Source of the DNA: Angustibacter luteus
Lineage (GTDB): Bacteria > Actinomycetota > Actinomycetes > Actinomycetales > Angustibacteraceae
Reading direction: 5' to 3'
NCBI RefSeq assembly: GCF_039541115.1
Contig: NZ_BAABFP010000007.1
Coordinates: 1 to 64,000 of the forward strand
DNA length: 64,000 nt
Shown here: positions 30,256 to 39,730 of the stretch, one piece after another
Layout: the number at the start of each line of letters is the position of its first letter
Numbering within the stretch: the first letter of the stretch is position 1
The notes under the pieces: model-generated
Told to the model about the DNA's origin: nothing
The model's input: only the letters and a program-made list of their open reading frames with translations
Databases searched by the model: none
Program-made: the position numbers and the translations under genes

Positions 30256-31305
30256 CTAGGTGCGCAGGTGGGCGACGCTGGTCCAGCCGGGATCGAGCTG
30301 GACGCCGACCTCGACCTCACCCTGGTCCCAGCCCACCACGCCGGCCCGGACCTGCTCGGCCGCCGGCGTCGTCCCGTCGACGTACAGGTGCAGGATGCGC
30401 ACGCCGTCGTGCGACTGGTGCGCCACGACGCGACCGCTCTCGCCGAGCAGCACGGTCAGGTGGTCCTCGAGGTCGCGGAGTGCGACGAGCGAGGCTGGCC
30501 CGGGCAGGCCCTGCTCGGTGTGGTCCCCGAACGGCACCACCACCGGCACGTAGGTGTCCAGGTGCGGCGCGGTGGACGCCCGCAGCGGTACCTGCGCGCT
30601 GGCCAGGATGGCCCCGCCGTCCGGGGTCGTCCCGTTGAGCATGACCCAGTGCGGCTCGCCGTCCGGGCCGGTGTTCTGCGCCTGCACGTCCGCGACGACC
30701 GCGCGGAGCGCGACCAGGGGCACCGGGTCCAGGGCGGGCAGCTCGCTGGCGGCGATCTGGCCGACCCACGTCTCCACGTCCGCCTCGCCGAGCACCGCGT
30801 CCAGCAGCAGGAAGGTCGCGGTGCGCTGCGCGTCCTCCGGCAGCTCGGGAAACCGCGGGTGGTGCACAACGACGTCGATCTGCGTGCCGCTGACCCGCAC
30901 GTCGGCGGACGCCGAGCCCGCGTCCAGGTCGACCTCCCCGATGCGCAGCACGACGTCCTGGACGTCGGGGGCCGGCAGCCGCACGTCCGAGTACGCCCAC
31001 ACGGGGTCGGCGGCCGGCGCGGCCATCCGCCAGCGCCGCGACAGCGGCCGCAGGTCAGGGTTGCCCTCGCTGGTCACCACCAGGACGTGCGAGCTGTCCG
31101 ATCCGGGGCCGAGCTCCCAGGCCAGTCCCGGGTCGATGGCGTCCACCCGCTCGCTGAGCGCGCCGACCATCGCGTCCGGGTCCCGGCCTGCGATGGCCTC
31201 CGCGGTCAGCGCCGCCCCGCTCTCGGTCCACCACTGCCAGAAGGCCGCGATGGCGCTGTGCTCGTCGCGGCCGCCGTCCGGCTGCTTGCGCCGCAGGAAG
31301 CTCAT
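30256..31305 (-). CDS. DUF695-like domain protein
   Basis: AFWQWW, LAWELG, LLDAVLGE, LRDLEDHL, DPGW. Confidence 0.7.
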   Translation of the reverse strand: MSFLRRKQPDGGRDEHSAIAAFWQWWTESGAALTAEAIAGRDPDAMVGALSERVDAIDPGLAWELGPGSDSSHVLVVTSEGNPDLRPLSRRWRMAAPAADPVWAYSDVRLPAPDVQDVVLRIGEVDLDAGSASADVRVSGTQIDVVVHHPRFPELPEDAQRTATFLLLDAVLGEADVETWVGQIAASELPALDPVPLVALRAVVADVQAQNTGPDGEPHWVMLNGTTPDGGAILASAQVPLRASTAPHLDTYVPVVVPFGDHTEQGLPGPASLVALRDLEDHLTVLLGESGRVVAHQSHDGVRILHLYVDGTTPAAEQVRAGVVGWDQGEVEVGVQLDPGWTSVAHLRT

Positions 31306-31315
31306 GGCGCCGCGA

Positions 31316-32539
31316 TCAGCTCAGGCGCTCGTAGACGATCGCCATGCCCTGACCGCCGCCGACGCACATCGTCTCCAGCCCGAGGGTCTTGTCCCGGGAC
31401 TGCAGGCCGTTGAGCAGTGTCGTGGTGATCCGCGCGCCGGTGGCGCCGAAGGGGTGGCCGAGCGCGATGGCGCCGCCGTGCACGTTGAGCTTGTCCAGGT
31501 CGATGCCGAGGTCGGCCGCGCTCGGCAGCACCTGGGCGGCGAAGGCCTCGTTGATCTCGACGAGGTCGATGTCGTCGATGGTCAGCCCAGCGCGGGACAG
31601 CGCCTGGCGGGACGCCTCGACCGGACCGAGGCCCATGATCTCGGGGGACAGCGCCGTGACCCCGGTGGACAGCACCCGGGCGATCGGCTCGAGCCCGAGC
31701 TCGCGGGCCCGGACGTCGCTCATCACCACGAGCGCGGCCGCGCCGTCGTTGAGCGGGCAGCAGTTGCCGGCCGTGATGGTGCCCTGCTCGCGGAAGACCG
31801 GCTGCAGCCCGGACACGCCCTCGACCGTGACGCCCGCGCGCGGGCCGTCGTCCGCCGAGACGACCGTGCCGCGCGGCGTGGTCACGGGGGTGATCTCGCG
31901 GGCGAAGAACCCGTCGGCGATGGCCTTCTCGGCGCGGTTCTGGCTCTCCACGCCCCAGGCGTCCTGCTCGGCGCGGCTGACCCCGCGCCAGGTCGCGACG
32001 TTCTCGGCGGTCTGACCCATCGACAGGTAGACGTCCGGGAGCAGGCCCTGCTCGCGCGGGTCGCTCCAGGTGGCGTTGGACGTCGCGGTGGCGATGCTGC
32101 GAGCCTCGGCCTCGGCGAAGGCGGGGTTCTTGGTGTCGGCCTCGCCGCCGCCCGCACCGGCGAACTTCTTGTAGCGGCTCACGCACTCGACCCCGGCGCT
32201 GATGAACGTGTGTCCCTCGCCCGCCTTGATCGCGTGGAACGCCATCCGGGTGGTCTGCACGCTCGAGGCGCAGAACCGGTTCACGGTGGAGCCGGGCAGG
32301 CCGTCCAGGCCGGCCAGCACGGCGACGACGCGGGCCATGTTGAAGCCCTGCTCGTCGGACGGCTCGGCGCACCCGAGGTAGAGGTCGTCGATGGTCGCCG
32401 GGTCGAGGGCCGGGATCTTGTCGAGCACCGCCCGGACGATCGTCGCGGACAGGTCGTCGGGTCGCACGTCCTTCAGCGACCCCTTGAACGCGCGGCCGAT
32501 CGGGCTGCGGGCGGTCGAGACGATGACGGCCTCGGTCAT
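31316..32539 (-). CDS. Acetyl-CoA C-acyltransferase (thiolase)
   Basis: RSPIGRA, NRFCASS, NEAFA, GHPFGATG, MCVGGGQG. Confidence 0.95.
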   Translation of the reverse strand: MTEAVIVSTARSPIGRAFKGSLKDVRPDDLSATIVRAVLDKIPALDPATIDDLYLGCAEPSDEQGFNMARVVAVLAGLDGLPGSTVNRFCASSVQTTRMAFHAIKAGEGHTFISAGVECVSRYKKFAGAGGGEADTKNPAFAEAEARSIATATSNATWSDPREQGLLPDVYLSMGQTAENVATWRGVSRAEQDAWGVESQNRAEKAIADGFFAREITPVTTPRGTVVSADDGPRAGVTVEGVSGLQPVFREQGTITAGNCCPLNDGAAALVVMSDVRARELGLEPIARVLSTGVTALSPEIMGLGPVEASRQALSRAGLTIDDIDLVEINEAFAAQVLPSAADLGIDLDKLNVHGGAIALGHPFGATGARITTTLLNGLQSRDKTLGLETMCVGGGQGMAIVYERLS

Positions 32540-32632
32540 GACGGGCTCCTGCTCAGTCGTCGGGGCGCTCGTCGTCGAGCGCGCGATCGGAGTCGGCCGG
32601 GCTGCCGTGGGCGGCACCGCCGACCATCGATG

Positions 32633-33667
32633 CTACTCGGCGGTAGGCGGATCGGTCGCGGTGACGTTGGTCTCCTCGGTGGGGACGACGGGCTCCTGGC
32701 GACGGCGCAGCAGCACCGCCCAGCGGCCGCGCGGGCCGCGTTGCTGGCCGCCGACCTGGGTGGCGCTGACCTCGGTGCCCGGGTCCGCTGCCGCGGCGAC
32801 CGCGGCGACGGCGATCGGGCCGACACCCTCGCCGCGCCGGGCGTCCGGTGGGCGCTCGGCACCGCCGTCCGGCCACAGACCCAGTGCCGCGCAGGCTGAC
32901 GGCAGCACGGCGGCGGCGGCCGCCGCGTAGCCCGCGGACGACGGGTGGAACCGGTCGGCGCTGAACATCTCGTGCGGGACCCGGCGGAACTCCTCGCCGA
33001 GCAGGTCGCCCAGCGACACGCTGCGCGCGCCCGCCTCGACGGCGGCGACCGTCTGCGCGGCGGCGAGGTCCCGGCTCAGCCGGCGCGCGATCAGGCGCAG
33101 CGGCTGCGGGACGGGCTCGATGGTGCCGAGGTCGGGGCACGTGCCGACGACGACCTCGCCGCCGACCGCGCGCAGCCGCTCCACCGCCTTGGCCAGGTCC
33201 CGGACGGCGGCGGCGGGCTTGATCCGGTGCGTGACGTCGTTCGCCCCGACCATGATGATCGCGATGTCCGGGGCGGGTACCTGCTCGAGCAGGCGGTCGA
33301 GCTGCCCGCTGAGGTCCCCGGACACGGCACCGACCTGGGCCACCGTCGTCAGCCGGACCGCCTTGCCGGCCACTGCCGACAGGCCGCGGGCCACCACGGC
33401 GCCGGGCGTCTGCTCCGGCAGGTCGGCACCCAGGCCGGCCGCCGAGGAGTCACCGAGGACGACGAGCTCGACCGGGTCGCCCACGCCGGCGCCGTACACG
33501 CCGTCCGCCTTGGGTCCCTCGGCGCCGAACGGCGTACCGATGCTGCGTCGGGCCAGCTTCATCTCGGTGGCCATGAGCGCCACCCCGACGCCGCCGAGCA
33601 CCGTCAGCCCACCGCCGCCGTAGGCGGCGGCCGCCGCCACCTTGCGCGCGCGTCGAGCCCGACCCAT
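32633..33667 (-). CDS. SGNH/GDSL hydrolase
   Basis: GDSS, GANDV, DRFHPS. Confidence 0.9.
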   Translation of the reverse strand: MGRARRARKVAAAAAYGGGGLTVLGGVGVALMATEMKLARRSIGTPFGAEGPKADGVYGAGVGDPVELVVLGDSSAAGLGADLPEQTPGAVVARGLSAVAGKAVRLTTVAQVGAVSGDLSGQLDRLLEQVPAPDIAIIMVGANDVTHRIKPAAAVRDLAKAVERLRAVGGEVVVGTCPDLGTIEPVPQPLRLIARRLSRDLAAAQTVAAVEAGARSVSLGDLLGEEFRRVPHEMFSADRFHPSSAGYAAAAAAVLPSACAALGLWPDGGAERPPDARRGEGVGPIAVAAVAAAADPGTEVSATQVGGQQRGPRGRWAVLLRRRQEPVVPTEETNVTATDPPTAE

Positions 33668-33761
33668 GCGGTTGCCCTCCCGTTCGCTCGCCTACCCCTG
33701 CACGGTACCTGGAACGCCTGCGGCACACCGGAGTCATCCCCAGGTGGTGGGCGCGCCCGGC

Positions 33762-34484
33762 TCAGTCGACCTGGTGCGCGGTCAGGAAGTCGCCGACGTA
33801 GGCCCGGGCGCCCGCGCTGACGTGCTTGCCGTGGGTGAACGCCGCCACCGAGAAGTCCAGCTCGGTGAGGCGCTGCGCTGTCCGCTGGCTCATTCGGAAG
33901 TCGGTGCAGAAGAACGGGATCGACCAGCCGATGCCCCGCCAGTTGAACAACGCGTCACCGGTGACCAGCACGCCCGTCGGCTCGTGCAGGAACGAGACGT
34001 GGCCGGGGGAGTGACCCGGGGTGTGCACGACCCGCAGGCCTCCGGCGACCGGCAGCAGCTGGTCGTCGTGGAGCTCGTCGGTGACCGGGACCGGCTCGAA
34101 CGCCGGCTTGCCCGTTTTCATGATCCGCCGCAGGAAACGCCCCATCCGCAGGGACTGGTCCAGCGGGGGCGCGATCCCGGTGCGGACTGCCTCGGCGTCG
34201 TCCGTGTGCACGCTCACCGGGCTGTCGGTGCGCCGGGCCATCTCGGCCACGCCACCCGCGTGGTCGGTGTGCGCGTGGGTCAGCAGGATCCGGGTGACGT
34301 CATCGGACGCGATGCCGATGCGGGCGAGGGCGGCCGACATCGTCCTGGGTGAGCGCTTCATGCCGCAGTCGACGAGCGTGACCTGCCCGTCGTCGTCCCG
34401 GAACGCGAATCCGTTCACCAGGTCGCTGATCAGGCGCAGCCGCCACACGTTCGGGGCGAGCTGTACCGCGGGGTCCGATGCCAT
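33762..34484 (-). CDS. Metallo-beta-lactamase-fold hydrolase
   Basis: THAHTDH, TPGHSPGH, GDA, THG. Confidence 0.9.
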   Translation of the reverse strand: MASDPAVQLAPNVWRLRLISDLVNGFAFRDDDGQVTLVDCGMKRSPRTMSAALARIGIASDDVTRILLTHAHTDHAGGVAEMARRTDSPVSVHTDDAEAVRTGIAPPLDQSLRMGRFLRRIMKTGKPAFEPVPVTDELHDDQLLPVAGGLRVVHTPGHSPGHVSFLHEPTGVLVTGDALFNWRGIGWSIPFFCTDFRMSQRTAQRLTELDFSVAAFTHGKHVSAGARAYVGDFLTAHQVD

Positions 34485-34490
34485 GGGGCG

Positions 34491-34512
34491 ACCCTATGGC
34501 CGCACCCCGACA
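34491..34512 (-). promoter_or_regulatory. RecA-NDp/PafBC-type promoter of the MBL gene (leaderless)
   Basis: Minus strand TGTCGG-GGTGCGGCCA-TAGGGT, then 6 nt to the ATG. Confidence 0.65.
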
Positions 34513-34557
34513 CCTCGTCCCTACCTGACCCTGCCACCTCCGACACCGGTCCCCCAA

Positions 34558-34691
34558 GGTTGTCGCGGCGCAACGCAGCTACGAAAGGAATGGAGTAGCG
34601 GCACGCAGTCCCAAACCTCGTGGGGTGGGCGTCGTTGTCACTGCGGGCCGTTACTCCAATAGGTGCGTAGTGGCGTTGCGCCGCGACCACC
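34558..34691. repeat. ~134-bp interrupted palindrome upstream of cbs
   Basis: GTCGCGGCGCAACGC/GCGTTGCGCCGCGAC and TGGAGTAGCGGC/GCCGTTACTCCA arm pairs. Confidence 0.85.
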
Positions 34692-34727
34692 CGCGGGTGC
34701 GCGTCCGGGATCTGAGACGATGCCGGG

Positions 34728-36092
34728 GTGAAGTACGCAGAGCACATCGCCGACCTCGTGGGCGACACGCCCCTCGTCAAGCTCACCTCGGTCACCGACG
34801 GCATCGCCGCCACGGTGCTGGCCAAGGTCGAGTACATGAACCCGGGCGGGAGCGTGAAGGACCGGATCGCCCTGCGGATGATCGAGGCGGCCGAGGAGTC
34901 GGGCGCGCTCAAGCCGGGCGGGACCATCGTCGAGCCGACGAGCGGCAACACCGGCGTCGGGCTCGCGCTGATCGCCCAGCGCAAGGGGTACCACTGCATC
35001 TTCGTCTGCCCCGACAAGGTCAGCGAGGACAAGCGCAACGTCCTCAAGGCGTACGGCGCGGACGTCGTCGTGTGCCCGACCGCCGTCCCGCCGGACCACC
35101 CGGACAGCTACTACCAGACCAGCGACCGGCTGGTCCGCGAGACCGAGGGCGCCTGGAAGCCGGACCAGTACTCGAACCCGGAGGGTCCGCGCAGCCACTA
35201 CCTGACCACCGGCCCGGAGGTCTGGCGGGACACCGACGGCCGGGTCACCCACTTCGTGGCCGGCGTCGGCACCGGCGGCACGATCAGCGGCACCGGGCAG
35301 TACCTGAAGGACGCCAGCGAGGGCCGGGTCCGGGTGATCGGCGCCGACCCCGAGGGGTCGGTCTACTCCGGCGGCACCGGCCGCCCGTACCTGGTCGAGG
35401 GGGTCGGCGAGGACTTCTGGCCGAGCGCCTACGACCCGAGCGTCCCGGACGAGATCGTCGCCGTCAGCGATGCCGACTCGTTCGACATGACCCGTCGGCT
35501 GGCCCGCGAGGAGGGACTGCTCGTCGGCGGCTCCTGCGGGATGGCCGTGGTGGCCGCGCTCGAGGTGGCCCGTGACCTGGGCCCGGACGACGTCGTCGTG
35601 GTGCTCCTGCCGGACAGCGGCCGCGGCTACCTGTCGAAGATCTTCAACGACGACTGGATGGCCTCGTACGGCTTTGTCCAGGACCACGACGAGACCACGG
35701 TGGGCGAGGTCCTGCACGCCAAGGCCGGGGACCTGCCCGCGCTCGTGCACACCCACCCGAGCGAGACGATCCGGGACGCCGTGCAGATCCTGCGCGAGTA
35801 CGGCGTCTCGCAGATGCCGGTGGTCGGTGCGGAGCCGCCGGTCATGGCCGGTGAGGTGGCGGGCAGCGTGAGCGAGCGCGACCTGCTGGACGCCCTGTTC
35901 ACCGGACGCGCCCACCTGGCCGACAGCGTCGCCCAGCACATGGGCAAGCCGCTGCCGCTGGTCGGGGCGGGCGAGCCGGTGTCCACCGCGCGGCACGAGC
36001 TGGAGAACGCGGACGCCGTGATGGTGGTCGAGGACGGCAAGCCGGCCGGGGTGCTGACCCGGGCCGACCTGTTGGGCTTCCTGGCCGAGTAG
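34728..36092 (+). CDS. cbs: Cystathionine beta-synthase with C-terminal CBS domains
   Basis: NPGGSVKDRIA, PTSGNTG, GTGGT, PDSGRGYLSK, CBS pair. Confidence 0.95.
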   Translation: MKYAEHIADLVGDTPLVKLTSVTDGIAATVLAKVEYMNPGGSVKDRIALRMIEAAEESGALKPGGTIVEPTSGNTGVGLALIAQRKGYHCIFVCPDKVSEDKRNVLKAYGADVVVCPTAVPPDHPDSYYQTSDRLVRETEGAWKPDQYSNPEGPRSHYLTTGPEVWRDTDGRVTHFVAGVGTGGTISGTGQYLKDASEGRVRVIGADPEGSVYSGGTGRPYLVEGVGEDFWPSAYDPSVPDEIVAVSDADSFDMTRRLAREEGLLVGGSCGMAVVAALEVARDLGPDDVVVVLLPDSGRGYLSKIFNDDWMASYGFVQDHDETTVGEVLHAKAGDLPALVHTHPSETIRDAVQILREYGVSQMPVVGAEPPVMAGEVAGSVSERDLLDALFTGRAHLADSVAQHMGKPLPLVGAGEPVSTARHELENADAVMVVEDGKPAGVLTRADLLGFLAE

Positions 36093-36093
36093 G

Positions 36094-39000
36094 TCACCCG
36101 GCCAGGTGGGCCCAGGTGCCCTCGAGGTCCCGCCAGGGCCCGGACGCCGCGACCCCGCCGTCGACCAGGACGACGACTCGGTCGGCCCGCGCGAGCGCGG
36201 CCCGCTTGGTCGTGGACCCGACCACCGTGCTGCCTCGGCCGCGCAACGACTCCCACAGCTCCACCTCGGTGGTGGCGTCCAGCGCGGACGAGACGTCGTC
36301 CGCGACCAGCAGCTCGGCGTCCGCCGCGAGCGCCCGGGCCAGCGCGAGTCGCTGCACCTGCCCGCCGGACAACCGGACCCCGCGGTGCCCGACCAGGGAC
36401 TCCGCCCCACCGGCGTCCTCGACGTCCGGCCCGAGCCGGGCGTCCGCGATGGACCGCTCGACGTCACGGTCGTGGTCGAGCCGGATGTTGTCCGCGAACG
36501 TGCCCGACAGGACGCGCGGCACCTGCGCCACGTAGGCGACCTGGTGCGGTCGCAGGAAGGCCTGCGGGTCCTCGACCGGCGCGCCGTTCCAGCGCAGCGC
36601 CCCCCGGTAGGTGACCAACCCGGCCAGCGCGGCGAGCAGGCTCGACTTGCCCGAGCCGATCTGACCGAGGAGCAGCACCAGCTCACCCCGCTGGACCACG
36701 AGGTCGACGTCGCTGACCCCCAGCGTGCCGTCGTCGTGCACGGCGGTGAACCCGACCAGCTCGAGGTCCTGCAACCGCTGCCGGTCGCCGTGCTCGACCG
36801 CGGGCGCCTGGCCGGTGACCAGGTCCAGTCCTGCGGGCAGGTCCATGAGGTCCCGGCCGTCGGCGAACCGGGTCGTCGCGCGCTGCCAGGCCCGGGTGCC
36901 CGGCGCCTCGGTGATCACCGCGCCGGCCACCCGACCGAACCAGTCGAAGCCCATGACGGCCCCGGACACCAGCAGCGCGGTCGCCAGCCCCCACCCGCCG
37001 GCCACGTGCACACCCCAGGCCACGACCACGCCCATCTGCACCAGCACCACGGGGACGCCGGCCAGCAGCGCCTGGATCCGGTGCTCGTGGACGGCGGCGT
37101 CCACCCGGCCGTCGTCCACGTGCCGCAGGTGGGTGTGCACGGCCGGCGTCGCGGCGGCGAGCTTCACCGTGCGGATCGAGTCGAGCGCGGAGACCAGCGA
37201 CCGGCCGAACCGGGCGCGGGCGGCGGACGCGGCCGCCGCCGAGCGACCAGCCACGGGTGAGCCGAGCGCCGAGACGGCCGCGGAGGCCACCATCACGGCG
37301 AGCAGCAGCGCGCCGGCCAGCAGGCTCCAGCTGGCCAGGGCCGTGATCACGACGATCGCGAGCCCGTTCACGAAGTCGACCCAGCGGTCGCCGTACCGGG
37401 CGAACCGGTCGGCGTCCATCGCCCGGGCGACCACCTCGCCCGGCGGGGTGGGCGGCAGCCGCCGCTGCTCCGTCTGGCCGAGCAGCACGGTGGCCCGGGC
37501 GCGCAGCATGACCGAGATCCACCAGCGCGGGTAGCGGCCGATGGCCTCGGCCAGCAGCAGCGGGGCGAGCAGCAGCGAGACCACCAGCGCCGCCAGCATC
37601 GTGGTGGGCCGCTCGCCGTTCTGCAGTGCGACGACCAGGTGCCCCCACAGCCAGCCGGTGATCGCGCCGTACGCGCCGCACACCACGGACACCAGGAACA
37701 GCAGCACGCTCACCAGTCCCCACTGGGGGTGGATGAGCAGCGAGTTCCAGATGCCCCGCGCGAGGCTGGGGCCGGAGCGGACCTCGATCGGCGGCGGCGG
37801 CAGACCGGTCCGTCGCGCGGTACCCACAGCGGCGCCAGGAGCGTGCTGGGCGCCGACGTGCGCGGGCACGGGCACGTGCTCGGCCGCGTCGAGCAGCCGC
37901 CGGAACGGCCCGGGGACCGCCGCCAGCTGGGCCCGCGGCCCGTGCTGGACGACCCGGCCACCCTCGAGCACGGCGACGTCGTCCGCGCGCGCCGTCGTGG
38001 TGAGCCGGTGCGCGACCAGGAGTCCCGTGCGGCCGGCGAGCAGGCGCTGCGAGGCCGCCACGACACGGGCCTCGGTGACCGGATCCATCCGGGCGGTCGC
38101 CTCGTCCAGCACCACGACCCGGACGTCGCGCACCAGCAGCCGGGCGAACGCGACCAGCTGCTGCTCGCCGGCGGACAGCGTGGTGCCGCTGGGGCCGAGC
38201 ACCGTGTCCAGGCCGGCCGGCAGCCCGTCCACCCAGGCGGTCAGACCCAGCTCGTCCACGGCGTCCCGGATCCGCTGGCGCGGCAGGTCGGTGAAGAGCG
38301 CGATGTTCTCGGCCAGGGTGCCGGCCAGGATCTCGGTCCGCTGGGTGACCACGCCGACCGCGGCCCGCAGCTTCTGCAGGTCCAGGTCGAGGACGTCGAC
38401 GCCGTCCAGCAGCACCGTGCCGCGCTCGGGCTCGACGGCCCGGGACAGCAACGACGCCAGGGTGGACTTGCCCGACCCGCTGCGACCCACCAGGGCCAGG
38501 GTGGTGCCCGAGGGGACGACCAGGTCGACCTCACGCAGCGCGAACGTCCCCTCGGCGTAGGCGAAGTGCAGGTCGCGCAGCTCGAGCGTCGGCACGCCGT
38601 CCGGCAGCGCCCGACCGCCCTCGGGCTCGGGCTCGCTGTCGAGCAACCCGCGCAGCCGGACCAGCGCACCGACCCCGGCCTGCAGGTCCGGCACGTGCCG
38701 GGCGACCTGGTCGATCTGGCCGACGAACGTCGTGGTGACCAGGAACAGGGTGACCAGCGTCGCCGTGGACTCGGCGCCCGCGATGACCAGCAGGACGCCC
38801 ACGACGGCCACCCCGGCCAGCACTCCGTGCAGCAGCAGCCCGGAACGACGGCTGATCCGGCTCTCGAGCGTGACGACCTCGTGGAACCGGGCGTGCACCG
38901 CCGCCGACAGCTCGGCGCAGCGCCGCACCAGGTAGGCCTGGCCGAGGCTGGTGCGCAGGTCGTCCCGCGCGGCCACGCCCTCCTCCATCGCGGCGGCGTG

Positions 39001-39627
39001 GTCCGTCCAGGCCATCTCCTCGACGACCTTGCGCTCGGCCAGCCGGGACAGCAGCGGACGGATCAGGACGTACACCGCGACGGCGCTGGCCGGCAGCAGC
39101 AGCCACGCCGGCCACCACGTCCAGCCGGCCACGATCAGCAGCGGACCGGCGCCCAGCACCAGCCGGATCACCGCCCACGCGTTCTGCCGCAGCAGCGCGC
39201 CGATCTCGTGGGTGTCGTCGTCCACCCGGTCCAGCACCTCGCCGACCGCCTGCTCGGTGAGCGCGGCCAGCGGCTGGTGCATCACGGCGTCCAGCAGGTC
39301 GGCGCGCAACGCGCCCTCGGCCCGGTCGACGGCCACCGACCACCAGGTGCGGCCGGCGGTGTCGAGCAGGGCGGCGCCCACCACGCAGAGGGCCAGCAGC
39401 CCGACCAGCGCGGCCGAGGCGCCGTCCGCGAGCCGGCCCGCGACCACGGCACCGAGCGCCTGACCCACCCCGGCCAGCCCGGCCGCGGCGAGGGCGAGCC
39501 ACGCGCGCGGACCGCGCAACCGCCGCCAGTCCAGTCGGCGCGCCGCGCTGGTGGAGGTCCCGGTCACCGACGTCGCCACCGACGCCTCGCTGGACCCGTG
39601 CGTCGTCTGCTCAGTCGTCACTGCCAC
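36094..39627 (-). CDS. Single-chain ABC exporter (TMD-NBD-TMD-NBD)
   Basis: Two TM blocks; NBD1 GRSGSGKS/LSAGEQQ/LDE/AHR; NBD2 GQIGSGKS/LSGGQ/ADD. GTG start chosen from the upstream -10. Confidence 0.88.
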   Translation of the reverse strand: MAVTTEQTTHGSSEASVATSVTGTSTSAARRLDWRRLRGPRAWLALAAAGLAGVGQALGAVVAGRLADGASAALVGLLALCVVGAALLDTAGRTWWSVAVDRAEGALRADLLDAVMHQPLAALTEQAVGEVLDRVDDDTHEIGALLRQNAWAVIRLVLGAGPLLIVAGWTWWPAWLLLPASAVAVYVLIRPLLSRLAERKVVEEMAWTDHAAAMEEGVAARDDLRTSLGQAYLVRRCAELSAAVHARFHEVVTLESRISRRSGLLLHGVLAGVAVVGVLLVIAGAESTATLVTLFLVTTTFVGQIDQVARHVPDLQAGVGALVRLRGLLDSEPEPEGGRALPDGVPTLELRDLHFAYAEGTFALREVDLVVPSGTTLALVGRSGSGKSTLASLLSRAVEPERGTVLLDGVDVLDLDLQKLRAAVGVVTQRTEILAGTLAENIALFTDLPRQRIRDAVDELGLTAWVDGLPAGLDTVLGPSGTTLSAGEQQLVAFARLLVRDVRVVVLDEATARMDPVTEARVVAASQRLLAGRTGLLVAHRLTTTARADDVAVLEGGRVVQHGPRAQLAAVPGPFRRLLDAAEHVPVPAHVGAQHAPGAAVGTARRTGLPPPPIEVRSGPSLARGIWNSLLIHPQWGLVSVLLFLVSVVCGAYGAITGWLWGHLVVALQNGERPTTMLAALVVSLLLAPLLLAEAIGRYPRWWISVMLRARATVLLGQTEQRRLPPTPPGEVVARAMDADRFARYGDRWVDFVNGLAIVVITALASWSLLAGALLLAVMVASAAVSALGSPVAGRSAAAASAARARFGRSLVSALDSIRTVKLAAATPAVHTHLRHVDDGRVDAAVHEHRIQALLAGVPVVLVQMGVVVAWGVHVAGGWGLATALLVSGAVMGFDWFGRVAGAVITEAPGTRAWQRATTRFADGRDLMDLPAGLDLVTGQAPAVEHGDRQRLQDLELVGFTAVHDDGTLGVSDVDLVVQRGELVLLLGQIGSGKSSLLAALAGLVTYRGALRWNGAPVEDPQAFLRPHQVAYVAQVPRVLSGTFADNIRLDHDRDVERSIADARLGPDVEDAGGAESLVGHRGVRLSGGQVQRLALARALAADAELLVADDVSSALDATTEVELWESLRGRGSTVVGSTTKRAALARADRVVVLVDGGVAASGPWRDLEGTWAHLAG

Positions 39628-39634
39628 GGCCAGC

Positions 39635-39656
39635 ACGCTACGGGGGACCACCGACG
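39635..39656 (-). promoter_or_regulatory. Near-consensus RecA-NDp/PafBC-type promoter of the ABC exporter
   Basis: Minus strand CGTCGG-TGGTCCCCCG-TAGCGT, then 7 nt to the GTG. Confidence 0.45.
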
Positions 39657-39730
39657 ATCGCCTCCCGTTTTCCGCGCCCCGAGACCTTCCGACCGCAGAA
39701 CCCGAGCACCGGCCTGACAGACTGCCGGAC

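Noticed and set aside
34558..34727. SAM or SAH riboswitch upstream of cbs
   Set aside because: No recognisable aptamer motifs; the structure is a simple rod, and cbs looks leaderless.
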